A DNA stretch of 59,047 nucleotides from Bacteroidales bacterium. GTDB taxonomy: Bacteria; Bacteroidota; Bacteroidia; Bacteroidales; UBA7960. The position numbers and the translations under genes were made by a program. Below, piece by piece: positions 21,295 to 31,323 of the stretch (positions are counted from its first letter, which is position 1; each line of letters begins with the position of its first letter). The stretch lies in assembly GCA_007131245.1 (NCBI GenBank), contig SLQX01000016.1:1-59047 (forward strand), given 5' to 3'. A model generated the notes under the pieces. That model was given only the letters and a program-made list of their open reading frames with translations. It did no database searches and was not told the DNA's origin.

Positions 21295-24200
21295 ATGCAA
21301 AAAAAAATTACGCTTAGCCTATTATTTTTACTTTTTGCCGGAATTGTGAGTGTACAATCCCAACTTGCACCACGTGATGGCAGCCTCCAGGATTTACCTC
21401 AAATTGTTGACTTTGAAGAATTTGACGGACTAAACCTGTCAGATATTTACCCTGGTTGGCAACAAGGAAAAGGGTATCTTCAGCCAGTACAAGCCGGAAG
21501 TGCATTTTTCCGCGGAGATGTGCTGTTTGGCACTGCTACAGCAACAGTAAGATTTGACTATATGGGCATAAAAGATGAGTGGATCATCAGCCCTCAGTTT
21601 TTGGTTACTGAAAACACCAAAGTAACATTTAAGGCGGCATTAACCCGCTTTTGGGACGACCCGGCACCAGGGAACTTCTCTCATAATGATAGTGTTTCCG
21701 TAATGGTATCTACCGACCAGGAGGGGTTTGATTTTGCCCACACCATCCACTCCTTTAAGATGGAAAATCCTCCTCCCACAGAACTGGAAATGTACCAGTT
21801 TGATTTGAGTGAGTTTGAAGGGGAGCTTATTCACCTTGCCTTTTATGCAACCAACGGACAGGAAGCCAACAGCCTGAGTGCATTTCACCTTGATGACATT
21901 GAAATAAAAGATGCCCACGCCCTGGATGCTATGCCCGTGGAGTTAATTTCACCCAGAGAAAATCAGTGCTTTCAAGAGCAAACTCCTGTTGCAGTTACAG
22001 TAAGAAACGACGGCTATGAAGCTGTTTCCACAATACCCGTAAGGGTAAGGGTTCGTGGTGCCCTCAACACCAACCTCTATGCAGTGCATGAAGGTACATT
22101 GCAACCTGGTGAAGAGAGTGAATTATTTGTGGGGTATATTGAAAATCCGCCCTATGGAGAATACACCCTATCGGTATCTACAGAATTACCCGGTGATACC
22201 TACAATTACAATGATGAATTGCCCAAAGCAGAATTTACCCATGCAGAACCCCTTGAACTACCTCTCCCTTTTATGAATTTTATGGGTTTCTTTTCCAGTA
22301 ACCTCAGTGAGGTGTATCCGGGATGGTACGAAGCACGAGGTAAAGGGCGCCCCATTGTAGCCATGAATACAGACTGGCAGGGAGCCAGCTATGATGATGC
22401 CAGAACAGCCAATGTGTTCTATACAGGTCTTGGCACAGAAGATTGGATGGTAGGCCCCAAATTTACTGCCACTGAAAATCTTGTCGTTGAAATGCGTGCT
22501 GCTATTGAATATTGGGAAGGCCCCCAGCAAATGGGCTCCGATGACAAGTTGGCAATTATGATATCAACCGATTGTGGTGAAACATGGGAAGAGGCAGCTG
22601 CTATCACACAGGAAGACAACCTGACAACATCGCTTCAACCTTTCACTTTTGAATTAGGCCAGTACGACGGAGAAGATATTATTCTTGCCTTTTACGCCAC
22701 CACCGGTTCGGTAAGTGACCCCGAACAATACATTATCCATATTACGGATATCAACATCAAAAACCTTTTCGACCTTGATGCCGGTGTTACAAGATTACTG
22801 GATCCGGGTAACCTTTGTGCCTTGGGTAACGACGAGCCTGTAACCATTGAAGTAAAGAACTTTGGCCAACAAACCATTTCCGGTTTTGATGTAGCTTACG
22901 TGCTGAATGATGAAGAACCTGTTGTGGAAACCATTACCCAAAGCCTTGAGTATAACGATGTTATTACACACACATTCTCAACAACCGTTGACTTAACCCA
23001 GGAGGAAGAAAACTATATTACGGTTTATACCCTGCTTGAAGGTGATGAAAACCCCGGTAATGACGCCATTGAAGATATTCCACTGGTGATATCCACATTT
23101 GATTTGAGTGCAGATGGAGAGTACACCATGGGGTTTGAAGAAGACGAAGACTTCTCTGCATGGTTGGTTGAAGATGGGAACAATGATGACATTACCTGGG
23201 AATTGGTTGATGATCCGGCACATGCCAACAGCGGTGATTATTCCTATGCTTACTTTTCAAACCAAAGCAGTACACAAAGTGACGACTGGCTTTTCAGCTC
23301 CTGCTTTTTCCTTGAAGAAGGACAAACCTATAATATCAGCTTTTATTACAGAAACAGGGCCAGCCTCTTCCCTGAAAGCCTCAAACTTAATATGGGTCAG
23401 GGCCAGTTTGGTGAGGCCATGGATATTGAATTGCTTGACCTGGGTGAAATTGATAACCCCTCTTATATGCAGGCAGAGGTTGAGTTTACAGTGGATGAAT
23501 CGGGTGAGTATTATTTTGGATGGCACGCCTATGGCCCGGCAGACCAGTTTGGTATGCATATAGATGATATTTCTATTTATCAGGTATTTGATGTAGATAT
23601 TGCACTGCAAAACTACAATGTACCCCGCAACAAAGATGAAAACTGCGTATTGGAAGATGTGGAAGAAATTGATTTGCTTATCAGAAACGTAGGAGAACAA
23701 ACTGTTAATCAGGTAGACCTTGTTCTGGAAGTAGATGGTACCGATACCTATGAATTTACCGTTGATATTAATATAGAGAGCAGTGAAAGTCAATGGATTT
23801 CCATTTCCAATGGTTTTGCTCTAGACCCTTACCAAAGCTATAATCTAAAAATTTGGAACGATACAGAACTGGACCTCAACTCTGCCAATGATACCTTGTG
23901 GATTGAAAACTTCAGGCATGTTCAGTACCACATGGGATTTGAAGAACACGAGGAAGAAGAGTTTGAAAATTGGACTATTCAAAGCCTCCAGGGAACCAGC
24001 GAATGGTTTATCAATGAAGGATCCGGAGAAGCTAATACAGGCAGTCAGTCCCTGGCCATTAGAACCGACTCGGGAGATGATGGTGATAATACATTCAATA
24101 ATGACTGGGCAATAACCGACTGTTTCTATCTTGAAGCAGGACAGTGCTATGAAATCTCATTCTACTACCGCTCATGGTTTTCCACAGAAAATCTGGCAGT

Positions 24201-25134
24201 ATATATGGGCGAAGGCAGTGACCACAGTGACATGAATGAACTGTTGATTGACCTGCCGGAATTCAGCCATAACACCTACGAATATGTTTCCCAGCAATTC
24301 ACCGTTGAAGAAGACGGAGTATACCATTTTGGATTCCACACGGAGGGGGACATTTCGGGACGTTACTACATATTTGTGGACGATGTGAGCATCATTGAAG
24401 ATGAGGGTGCAACACCTCTGGCTGATATTCAGACCCAAATACTGGATAACGAAGTATACTTCCAGGCCCATGCCGAAAATTACTCATCACTGGAATGGGA
24501 TTTTGGTGATGGAAACACTGCTTCCGGAGAAGAAAATGTTTTCCATGTGTACGATTCGCCAGGCACCTACAATGTAACCTTAACCTTAGGAAGTGGCTGT
24601 ATTGATGCAGAGTTTACAACCACCGTCACCCTTGAATGCATCATGGAGGCTGACTTTGAATACGAACAGCTGGAAGGAAAAACAGTTACTTTCACTGCCA
24701 CTAACGGGGCAGCGGGCTATGAGTGGGACTTTGGTGATGGCAATACCGGAGCTGGTGCAACCGTTACGCACACTTACCAAAACGAAGAACCCACTACTTT
24801 TGATGTTGTTATGACAGCCCACTTTAATTGTGGCTATCAAACAGTGGAAAAGCAAGTGTACGTGGAAGAGATAGTAAACCTTGTAGAAGGTGACAGCAAT
24901 GATACTTTCAAGGCTTTTCCCAACCCTGCAAGCAGTCACATTAACATCACCGCTGATCAATTATTCCAGCGTATTGTTTTAACCGACGTGCAGGGAAGAA
25001 CTGTTCGGGACTACGACAACCTGAACCAAAGCAGTTACAGGCTTAGTGTGGAAAACTTACAAACCGGAGTCTATTTTATCCAGTTGCACACAACCGATGG
25101 AGTTGCTGTTCAAAAGCTTCAGATACGTAATTAG
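21295..25134 (+). CDS. T9SS cargo: four cleaved-adhesin/choice-of-anchor J-like modules with Ig/CARDB-like linkers, two PKD domains and a type A CTD
   Basis: Signal peptide; repeated D[ED]W...F[YH]...DD[IV] modules; two WDFGDG PKD motifs; FPNPAS...GVYFIQ...KLQI CTD; no catalytic motif seen. Confidence 0.8.
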   Translation: MQKKITLSLLFLLFAGIVSVQSQLAPRDGSLQDLPQIVDFEEFDGLNLSDIYPGWQQGKGYLQPVQAGSAFFRGDVLFGTATATVRFDYMGIKDEWIISPQFLVTENTKVTFKAALTRFWDDPAPGNFSHNDSVSVMVSTDQEGFDFAHTIHSFKMENPPPTELEMYQFDLSEFEGELIHLAFYATNGQEANSLSAFHLDDIEIKDAHALDAMPVELISPRENQCFQEQTPVAVTVRNDGYEAVSTIPVRVRVRGALNTNLYAVHEGTLQPGEESELFVGYIENPPYGEYTLSVSTELPGDTYNYNDELPKAEFTHAEPLELPLPFMNFMGFFSSNLSEVYPGWYEARGKGRPIVAMNTDWQGASYDDARTANVFYTGLGTEDWMVGPKFTATENLVVEMRAAIEYWEGPQQMGSDDKLAIMISTDCGETWEEAAAITQEDNLTTSLQPFTFELGQYDGEDIILAFYATTGSVSDPEQYIIHITDINIKNLFDLDAGVTRLLDPGNLCALGNDEPVTIEVKNFGQQTISGFDVAYVLNDEEPVVETITQSLEYNDVITHTFSTTVDLTQEEENYITVYTLLEGDENPGNDAIEDIPLVISTFDLSADGEYTMGFEEDEDFSAWLVEDGNNDDITWELVDDPAHANSGDYSYAYFSNQSSTQSDDWLFSSCFFLEEGQTYNISFYYRNRASLFPESLKLNMGQGQFGEAMDIELLDLGEIDNPSYMQAEVEFTVDESGEYYFGWHAYGPADQFGMHIDDISIYQVFDVDIALQNYNVPRNKDENCVLEDVEEIDLLIRNVGEQTVNQVDLVLEVDGTDTYEFTVDINIESSESQWISISNGFALDPYQSYNLKIWNDTELDLNSANDTLWIENFRHVQYHMGFEEHEEEEFENWTIQSLQGTSEWFINEGSGEANTGSQSLAIRTDSGDDGDNTFNNDWAITDCFYLEAGQCYEISFYYRSWFSTENLAVYMGEGSDHSDMNELLIDLPEFSHNTYEYVSQQFTVEEDGVYHFGFHTEGDISGRYYIFVDDVSIIEDEGATPLADIQTQILDNEVYFQAHAENYSSLEWDFGDGNTASGEENVFHVYDSPGTYNVTLTLGSGCIDAEFTTTVTLECIMEADFEYEQLEGKTVTFTATNGAAGYEWDFGDGNTGAGATVTHTYQNEEPTTFDVVMTAHFNCGYQTVEKQVYVEEIVNLVEGDSNDTFKAFPNPASSHINITADQLFQRIVLTDVQGRTVRDYDNLNQSSYRLSVENLQTGVYFIQLHTTDGVAVQKLQIRN

Positions 25135-25155
25135 GTTTTACTAAAGTATTCTTTT

Positions 25156-25194
25156 CAAAAAGGCTTCGTCAATCAGGCGAAGCCTTTTTGTTTT
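25156..25194 (+). terminator. Intrinsic terminator
   Basis: CAAAAAGGCTTCG-9 nt-CGAAGCCTTTTTG perfect 13-bp stem followed by a T tract. Confidence 0.85.
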
Positions 25195-25338
25195 ATAAGA
25201 GGAGCATACTACTCTACTAACCTGCATTATTCACAAAAAGTTAAGTTGAGTTTTTATGAGCTTTGGGTGTGTAAATGAAAACCCCGGTTTCTGTAGTTTT
25301 TATAATTTTGCACCCTTTAAACTAAATTTTCAGAAACC

Positions 25339-25851
25339 ATGAGAGGCGATCCCCAATTGTATGACCTGCTAAAGAAACTGGAGATAGATTTCGAGTATTA
25401 CGAGCATCCCCCTGCCCCAACCATTGAAGAAGCAGCAAAATACTGGAAAGATCTGGATGCCACACATTGCAAAAACCTGTTTTTCAGAAACCATAAAGGA
25501 AACAAACATTACCTGGTAATTCTTGAGCACACACAGGCTCTAAACATCAGGGATCTTGAGCAAAGACTAAGACAGGGAAAACTGACCTTTGCATCACCCA
25601 AAAGGATGAAGAAATACCTGGGGATTTCACCCGGATCAGTTAGTCCTTTGGCACTCATTCACGACAGTGAAAAACACGTGCACGTTTTCCTGGACAAAAA
25701 TCTTGAAAAAAGCGATACCATCAGTTTTCACCCCTGCATCAATACAGCATCCATAGTTATAACTTTTGAGGATTTTATCAGGTTTCTCAACCACCTGGGA
25801 AATAGTTATGAGTATGTACAAATGTATGATGAAGTAGTGAGGGCCCGCTGA
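25339..25851 (+). CDS. YbaK/ProX family aminoacyl-tRNA deacylase (PrdX-like)
   Basis: HPPAPTIEEA, HCKNLF, LGISPGSVSPLAL, FHPCINTAS; TAATTTTG promoter at 25303-25310. Confidence 0.9.
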   Translation: MRGDPQLYDLLKKLEIDFEYYEHPPAPTIEEAAKYWKDLDATHCKNLFFRNHKGNKHYLVILEHTQALNIRDLEQRLRQGKLTFASPKRMKKYLGISPGSVSPLALIHDSEKHVHVFLDKNLEKSDTISFHPCINTASIVITFEDFIRFLNHLGNSYEYVQMYDEVVRAR

Positions 25852-25868
25852 AAATAACATCCGTGGCC

Positions 25869-25896
25869 CCTGGTAACAGCAATCTGTTATACCAGG
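25869..25896. terminator. Hairpin between convergent genes (possible terminator or stabiliser)
   Basis: CCTGGTA-ACAG-caat-CTGT-ta-TACCAGG, with no clear U tract. Confidence 0.4.
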
Positions 25897-25998
25897 TGAA
25901 CTTCAATAATTCCCTGTAAACAAATTCACAAAACCTTATATTCAAAACTTATTTGGGATAAAACAGACCGTTTGCAAGGTTGATTTCAGACCTCAATT

Positions 25999-26871
25999 TT
26001 ATTCTGATGATCCTGGCTCTTCTTCCGGTTCAAGACTAATGAATCCGGCGTCGGGAGAGCTACGCCTCAGGGCGTTGTTTCTTACATTAAAGGTAAAATG
26101 GAGGGGGTCAACCAGGAAGGGGCTGGCATTTTTTTGAACATAACGGTTAAGTAAAAAATCAAAAATATAGCGTGCATTGCGTACACCAGCAAAACGGTTG
26201 ATGTCATAAACATCATCCATTGTAAGTAAATAGGATTCGTATTCATAGTTTACTTCTCCGCTCAAACCATGGTATCTGAAACGGCCATCCACATAATCTG
26301 AAGTTATAAAGTTGCTGTAAAGCACCAGCATACCTTCCTCTTTAGAATCATCATCAACCACGCTAAATTCGAACCATGTATTACGCTCTATGGTGCGAAG
26401 CAAAAAATCCTGGCGGTAAACCACATTATCTACCATGGCCCTTTCGGTCATTTGCTGATCGTATTCATTAACTTCTGTTTGGGCAATGGTGAATACATAT
26501 CTACGTCCATCGTATGATAAAAAATCATTAAATTTCTCAGGCCTAAATACCAGGAGCTCATACTTTTCAAGCTCATCATAAAGGGATTCCATGAAAATTT
26601 CAGCCGCCACGTCGATATCCAACTCTTTTAGAAAGTGGCTTTTATCAATACCCTGGGGATCATCAAAAGCAACCCTGTTTTCTTCGGCATCAAAGGGAAA
26701 ATAAAACAGATGCGTATAAGCCGGTGGTACAACCATAACAGCAACTTTTTCTTTTTTCTCCAAAAAGTCTGCAGCGGCTCTGCGGCCGGGCATACATGAA
26801 GAGACGATAAGAAGAAGTATAACCGGTATAAGGATATGATGCTTCCGGCTTATTTTATGCATAGTAAACAA
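25999..26871 (-). CDS. Hypothetical lipoprotein
   Basis: Basic N-terminus, hydrophobic stretch and lipobox VSSC; family not recognised; likely ATG 26862. Confidence 0.7.
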   Translation of the reverse strand: MFTMHKISRKHHILIPVILLLIVSSCMPGRRAAADFLEKKEKVAVMVVPPAYTHLFYFPFDAEENRVAFDDPQGIDKSHFLKELDIDVAAEIFMESLYDELEKYELLVFRPEKFNDFLSYDGRRYVFTIAQTEVNEYDQQMTERAMVDNVVYRQDFLLRTIERNTWFEFSVVDDDSKEEGMLVLYSNFITSDYVDGRFRYHGLSGEVNYEYESYLLTMDDVYDINRFAGVRNARYIFDFLLNRYVQKNASPFLVDPLHFTFNVRNNALRRSSPDAGFISLEPEEEPGSSE

Positions 26872-27012
26872 ACGTTATTGAACGTAAATTATTTCAATAT
26901 CTTGTATTCTGAAGGGGTCCGTGAAAAACACCTTCTGCTTAAGTTCCGGCAGTAAGAAAGATTTTAGATCTTCTGATCCGGAAATCCTTCCTATACCCAA
27001 ACGCTTAAAACA

Positions 27013-28233
27013 TTAAGAAACTGTTTCTAGTTTTGCGCCTATTTCTTTGCCGTATGCAATACACTTATCAAAGGCATCCTCATGCGGGGTAAATTTCACA
27101 AATACACCCTCACCCTGTACATCAAGTTTCAGGTTGCTGAGCATGGTATTAATAATTTTGGGTGCTTCACCACTCCAACCATAGGACCCAAAGGAACCGG
27201 CAATTTTTCCTTTATCACGGATAGGACTTATCAAAGCAAACATACGGTATACCGGTAAAAGTATATTTTGATTAATGGTGGGACATCCCACAATAACACC
27301 CTTGCTTTTGGCCAACCTTTCATCAATATCCCCCAATGGCATGGTTTCAATATCGGCTACCTCAACATCAAAATCACCTGCCGAACGTATCCCCTCAGCT
27401 ATCTTCTCTGCCAGCATCCCTGTGTTTTGATAGGCCGAAACATAGGGTATAAATACACGTTTCTTTTCGGGCTCCGAAAGTGCTTCACTGGCATATTTTT
27501 CTGACAGGTCCACCCACTTTTTCCACTGTGTCATCAATAAGGGGCCATGCCCCGTCAGTATAGCTTCAATTTCCAGGGGCCTTATCTTTTCTATAGCTTT
27601 CAGCATAAACTTGCTGAAGGGCTTGAGAATAACATCAAAATAATATTTGAAAGCATCATCGAATTCTCCTACCTTATCATCGTACATCTCGTGATGACAA
27701 TAGTGGCAGCCAAAAGAGTCACAAGTAAACAAATACTTGTCCTCTTCAAGATAAGTATACATTGAATCGGGCCAATGCAGGTTGGGTGCCGAAATAAACC
27801 GTAATGTTTTATTGCCCAAATCAAGGGTATGCCCGTCTTTGACAATAAGGTTCTTAAAATCTTTGCCCAAAAAATCTTTCAGATAACTAATTGCCAACCT
27901 ACTACCTACAACAGTAGCATTGGGAGCCAACTCCAGCAGGTTGGCCAGGTTTCCGCTATGATCAGGCTCGGTATGATTGAGAATAATGTATTCAATATCA
28001 GCTGGATCTGTCACTTGCTTGATTTTTGCCAGGTAAGTATCCCAAAACTTTTCTTTGCTGGTTTCAATAATGGCCTTTTTATCTGCATTGATAAAATAAC
28101 TGTTGTAAGTGGTACCAAATTCGGTTTCCATTACCACATCAAAAGTTACAATATCATAATCCAAAATGCCAATCCATTTGACATCGTCATTAATGTCTAA
28201 TACCTGTGTGTCGGGTACTTTTTGATCTCTCAT
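27013..28233 (-). CDS. fprA: Flavodiiron protein FprA (A-type flavoprotein; O2/NO reductase)
   Basis: [29 protein letters not shown]; flavodoxin domain SAYQNT...[10 protein letters not shown]. Confidence 0.93.
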   Translation of the reverse strand: MRDQKVPDTQVLDINDDVKWIGILDYDIVTFDVVMETEFGTTYNSYFINADKKAIIETSKEKFWDTYLAKIKQVTDPADIEYIILNHTEPDHSGNLANLLELAPNATVVGSRLAISYLKDFLGKDFKNLIVKDGHTLDLGNKTLRFISAPNLHWPDSMYTYLEEDKYLFTCDSFGCHYCHHEMYDDKVGEFDDAFKYYFDVILKPFSKFMLKAIEKIRPLEIEAILTGHGPLLMTQWKKWVDLSEKYASEALSEPEKKRVFIPYVSAYQNTGMLAEKIAEGIRSAGDFDVEVADIETMPLGDIDERLAKSKGVIVGCPTINQNILLPVYRMFALISPIRDKGKIAGSFGSYGWSGEAPKIINTMLSNLKLDVQGEGVFVKFTPHEDAFDKCIAYGKEIGAKLETVS

Positions 28234-28337
28234 TCCTTTTATTTTTTATAGGTTCACTGATTAAGCAATGGTATTACAAAATGCGGATAACGAAAAACAA
28301 CTTGTACATTTAAACAGCCTGGTCGATTTCACTTGTT

Positions 28338-31043
28338 TTAAAAATCAAATTTAATTTGCTTTGCGTCCAGGTCATCATCTGCATCTGTATTTTTAATAAC
28401 AGCAGACTTGCCCGATGGTTTATTGTTGTCCTTATTTTGTGTATCTTTTTCATGCTCCCCTTGGGCATTGTCTTCTTCAGGTTTGAGATCGGGCTCAGGA
28501 ACAAGTGGTTCCATCCATTCCACTGTTTCTATTTCGCTACTGGAAAGTCTTTTACCTTTTGCTTTTATGCCTTTAATTGCAATAAATTCATGCACATTGA
28601 TCTCTTCATCTGGTTTTTGTTTTCTGCCACCCGATACAAATTTTACTTTAATCAAAGGCATTTGGGCGGCTGTTATTGTGACAAGTTTGCTATTATCATC
28701 CTCCGGTATAAAAGGTTGAAACTTTTCTGAGAGATCGGGCTGGAAGCGTTTGATATAATAATGGCCACTTGCGACATCCTGGTATACCGCTGTGATAATA
28801 CGCTCAGGATTGTATTTCTCAATAATCAAAGGGTTTTCTTCGAAATGGGCCGACAATTCATAATTCATGGTGCGGTAAGTACCTGAAGAAAACATAGCCA
28901 GAATTTTGTCTTCACCCTTGAAGGCTCCAATATATTTGCCCCTTTTATCCACATTGAGCCTGAGAACATTCTCGTCAAACCACAGATTCAGGGCAGTCAA
29001 TGTAGATATCCCCTGGTCTTTGAGTACAATTTTCCGGACTTTATGTTTGGTTAGCTGGTTACCTGCTGCTCCACGCCCTTTAATGGCAAGCTCACTGAAA
29101 TCCAGATCAAATACCGGCTTCTTCAGCTTGGGCTTGTGTCGCAGGTATATTGTTACAACTTCTGCCTGACCGTTGGGGTTGGCTGTAAAATACAAAACTT
29201 TGGTGCCTTTGGTACCTTTAGTTATGCTGTATTCTTTATCGCGCGTAACTCCTTTTACATAAAACCGTTTCATATAAACAGCTCCCTGCGGACCGTCCTG
29301 GTAAATCATATTATAAATAGTGCGGTCATCATTTTTCTCAAATACCGCAATATGAATAACGTTTTTTCCCACAAAGGACTTGGCCGATACTTTTGTAACC
29401 ACAAAAGTACCATCATCTCTGAATACGATAATATCGTCTATATCTGAACAATCGCAAACAAATTCATCTTTCTTCAGAGAAGTACCGGCAAAACCTTCTT
29501 TTCTATTTACATAAAGTTTCTCATTGGCCACAGCCACCCTGGTTGCTTCAATACTTTCGAAAGAACGGATTTCGGTTTTGCGCTCACGCCCCTTACCATA
29601 TTTCTTTTTGATATTTCTGAAGTACTTGATGGCAAACTCTACCAGGTTATCAAGATTATAATTTACCTGTTCAAGTTTTTCTTCAAGACTATTAATTACC
29701 TCATCTGCCTTAAAAGCATCATACCGGGAAATACGCTTGATACGAATTTCGGTAAGTTTAATGATATCATCGCGGTTTATTTCCCTGTAAAACTGTTTTT
29801 TAAAAGGTTCTAGTCCCTTATCAATGGTATCCAGCACCGACTCCCAGGTTTCGCATTCCTCAATGTCGCGATAGATCCTGTTTTCTATAAAAATCTTTTC
29901 CAGGCTCGAGAAGAGCAGTTGCTCCAGCAGTTCAAACTTTTCTATTTCCAGCTCTTTACGCAGCAAACTCACCGTGTGGTCGGTAGAAATAGTGAGAATC
30001 TCACTTACCCCCAGGAAACGTGGTTTGCTCCCCTCAATTACACAACAGTTAGGAGAAATACTCACCTCACAGTCGGTAAAAGCATACAAAGCATCAATAG
30101 CCTGGTCAGGAGAAATATTTGGCCCGAGAATTACACGGATTTCCACATTCTGTGCTGTATTATCCTCAATTTTTTTGATTTTTATTTTACCCTTCTCATT
30201 GGCGCTGACAATACTGTCAATGAGGTTAACCGTATTGGTAAAATAAGGAATCTCTGTGATGACCAAAGTTTTTTTGTCAAGGATACTTATTTTGGCCCTG
30301 ATACGAACCCTTCCACCGCGCTTTCCATCATTGTATTTTGAGAAGTCGGCCTGCCCACCGGTTATAAAATCGGGATACAAATCCAACTTTTCACCTTTCA
30401 GATAGGCAATGGATGCATTGATAAGCTCAACAAAGTTGTGGGGCAAAATTTTGGAAGCCAAACCTACGGCGATACCTTCCACCCCCTGAGCAAGAAGCAA
30501 GGGAAACTTCACAGGCAGACTTACGGGTTCTTTATTTCTCCCATCATAGGATGTTTTCCATTCGGTAGTTTTGGGATTGAATACCACATCCAGGGCAAAC
30601 TTCGACAAACGTGCCTCAATGTAACGAGGAGCAGCCGAACTGTCGCCGGTAAAAATATTACCCCAGTTACCTTGTGTATCAATCAAAAGGTCCTTTTGCC
30701 CAAGTTGAACAAGTGCATCTCCGATGGCAGCATCGCCATGGGGATGATACTTCATGGTATGACCTATGATATTGGCTACTTTGTTATAGCGTCCGTCATC
30801 CAGCTCTTTCATGGCATGCAAAATCCTCTTTTGCACAGGCTTCAGGCCGTCGCGAATTTCAGGAACTGCACGTTCAAGAATGACATAGGATGCATAATCC
30901 AGGAACCAATCCTGGTACATCCCGGAAATTTTGGTTACCGACTCACCCCCGCTGGGGTCAGAGCCAGGCTGATCCATGTTTCCGGAAGCATCCGGGTCAA
31001 ATTTTTCAGGTTGTTCAGGATTGTTGTTATTGGTATCGTCCAT
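28338..31043 (-). CDS. parC: Type IIA topoisomerase subunit A (Bacteroidota ParC type)
   Basis: DGLKPVQKR, YHPHGD, AAPRYIEARL; no QRRGGKG GyrA-box; WFLDYASYVILERA N-terminus; TACCTTTG promoter on the minus strand at 31140-31147. Confidence 0.88.
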   Translation of the reverse strand: MDDTNNNNPEQPEKFDPDASGNMDQPGSDPSGGESVTKISGMYQDWFLDYASYVILERAVPEIRDGLKPVQKRILHAMKELDDGRYNKVANIIGHTMKYHPHGDAAIGDALVQLGQKDLLIDTQGNWGNIFTGDSSAAPRYIEARLSKFALDVVFNPKTTEWKTSYDGRNKEPVSLPVKFPLLLAQGVEGIAVGLASKILPHNFVELINASIAYLKGEKLDLYPDFITGGQADFSKYNDGKRGGRVRIRAKISILDKKTLVITEIPYFTNTVNLIDSIVSANEKGKIKIKKIEDNTAQNVEIRVILGPNISPDQAIDALYAFTDCEVSISPNCCVIEGSKPRFLGVSEILTISTDHTVSLLRKELEIEKFELLEQLLFSSLEKIFIENRIYRDIEECETWESVLDTIDKGLEPFKKQFYREINRDDIIKLTEIRIKRISRYDAFKADEVINSLEEKLEQVNYNLDNLVEFAIKYFRNIKKKYGKGRERKTEIRSFESIEATRVAVANEKLYVNRKEGFAGTSLKKDEFVCDCSDIDDIIVFRDDGTFVVTKVSAKSFVGKNVIHIAVFEKNDDRTIYNMIYQDGPQGAVYMKRFYVKGVTRDKEYSITKGTKGTKVLYFTANPNGQAEVVTIYLRHKPKLKKPVFDLDFSELAIKGRGAAGNQLTKHKVRKIVLKDQGISTLTALNLWFDENVLRLNVDKRGKYIGAFKGEDKILAMFSSGTYRTMNYELSAHFEENPLIIEKYNPERIITAVYQDVASGHYYIKRFQPDLSEKFQPFIPEDDNSKLVTITAAQMPLIKVKFVSGGRKQKPDEEINVHEFIAIKGIKAKGKRLSSSEIETVEWMEPLVPEPDLKPEEDNAQGEHEKDTQNKDNNKPSGKSAVIKNTDADDDLDAKQIKFDF

Positions 31044-31323
31044 TGATATTTTCCCGGAAAGTTATTTTGATTGATTAATTTACTGTGTCTTTTATAGATT
31101 AATCTTTGACATCGAAACCATGGCAAAAATCAAACGGTGCAAAGGTAATAATTTAGCAAAAACAATGTAGCACAACATAACCACACAAGCTGGTATTTTC
31201 ATGCTACATCAGTGAACCTCACTTTCTAAAACTCAAAAAAACAACCTCAATAAAAAGCATTAAAAATTATTTGTTGTCTGGTAAAAAAAAATATCTGGAT
31301 TATGGCAATCTGATTTTTCAGTT

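Noticed and set aside
30715-30750. Ala at the Ser83-equivalent QRDR position of ParC (HPHGDAAIGD)
   Set aside because: To my knowledge Ala here is normal for this ParC clade, so it is not evidence of acquired quinolone resistance.
30438-31046. 202-aa antisense ORF over parC, and similar ORFs at 56451-57140, 53931-54491, 23257-23793 and 2443-2943
   Set aside because: They lie opposite well-supported genes and have no motifs; typical shadow ORFs.
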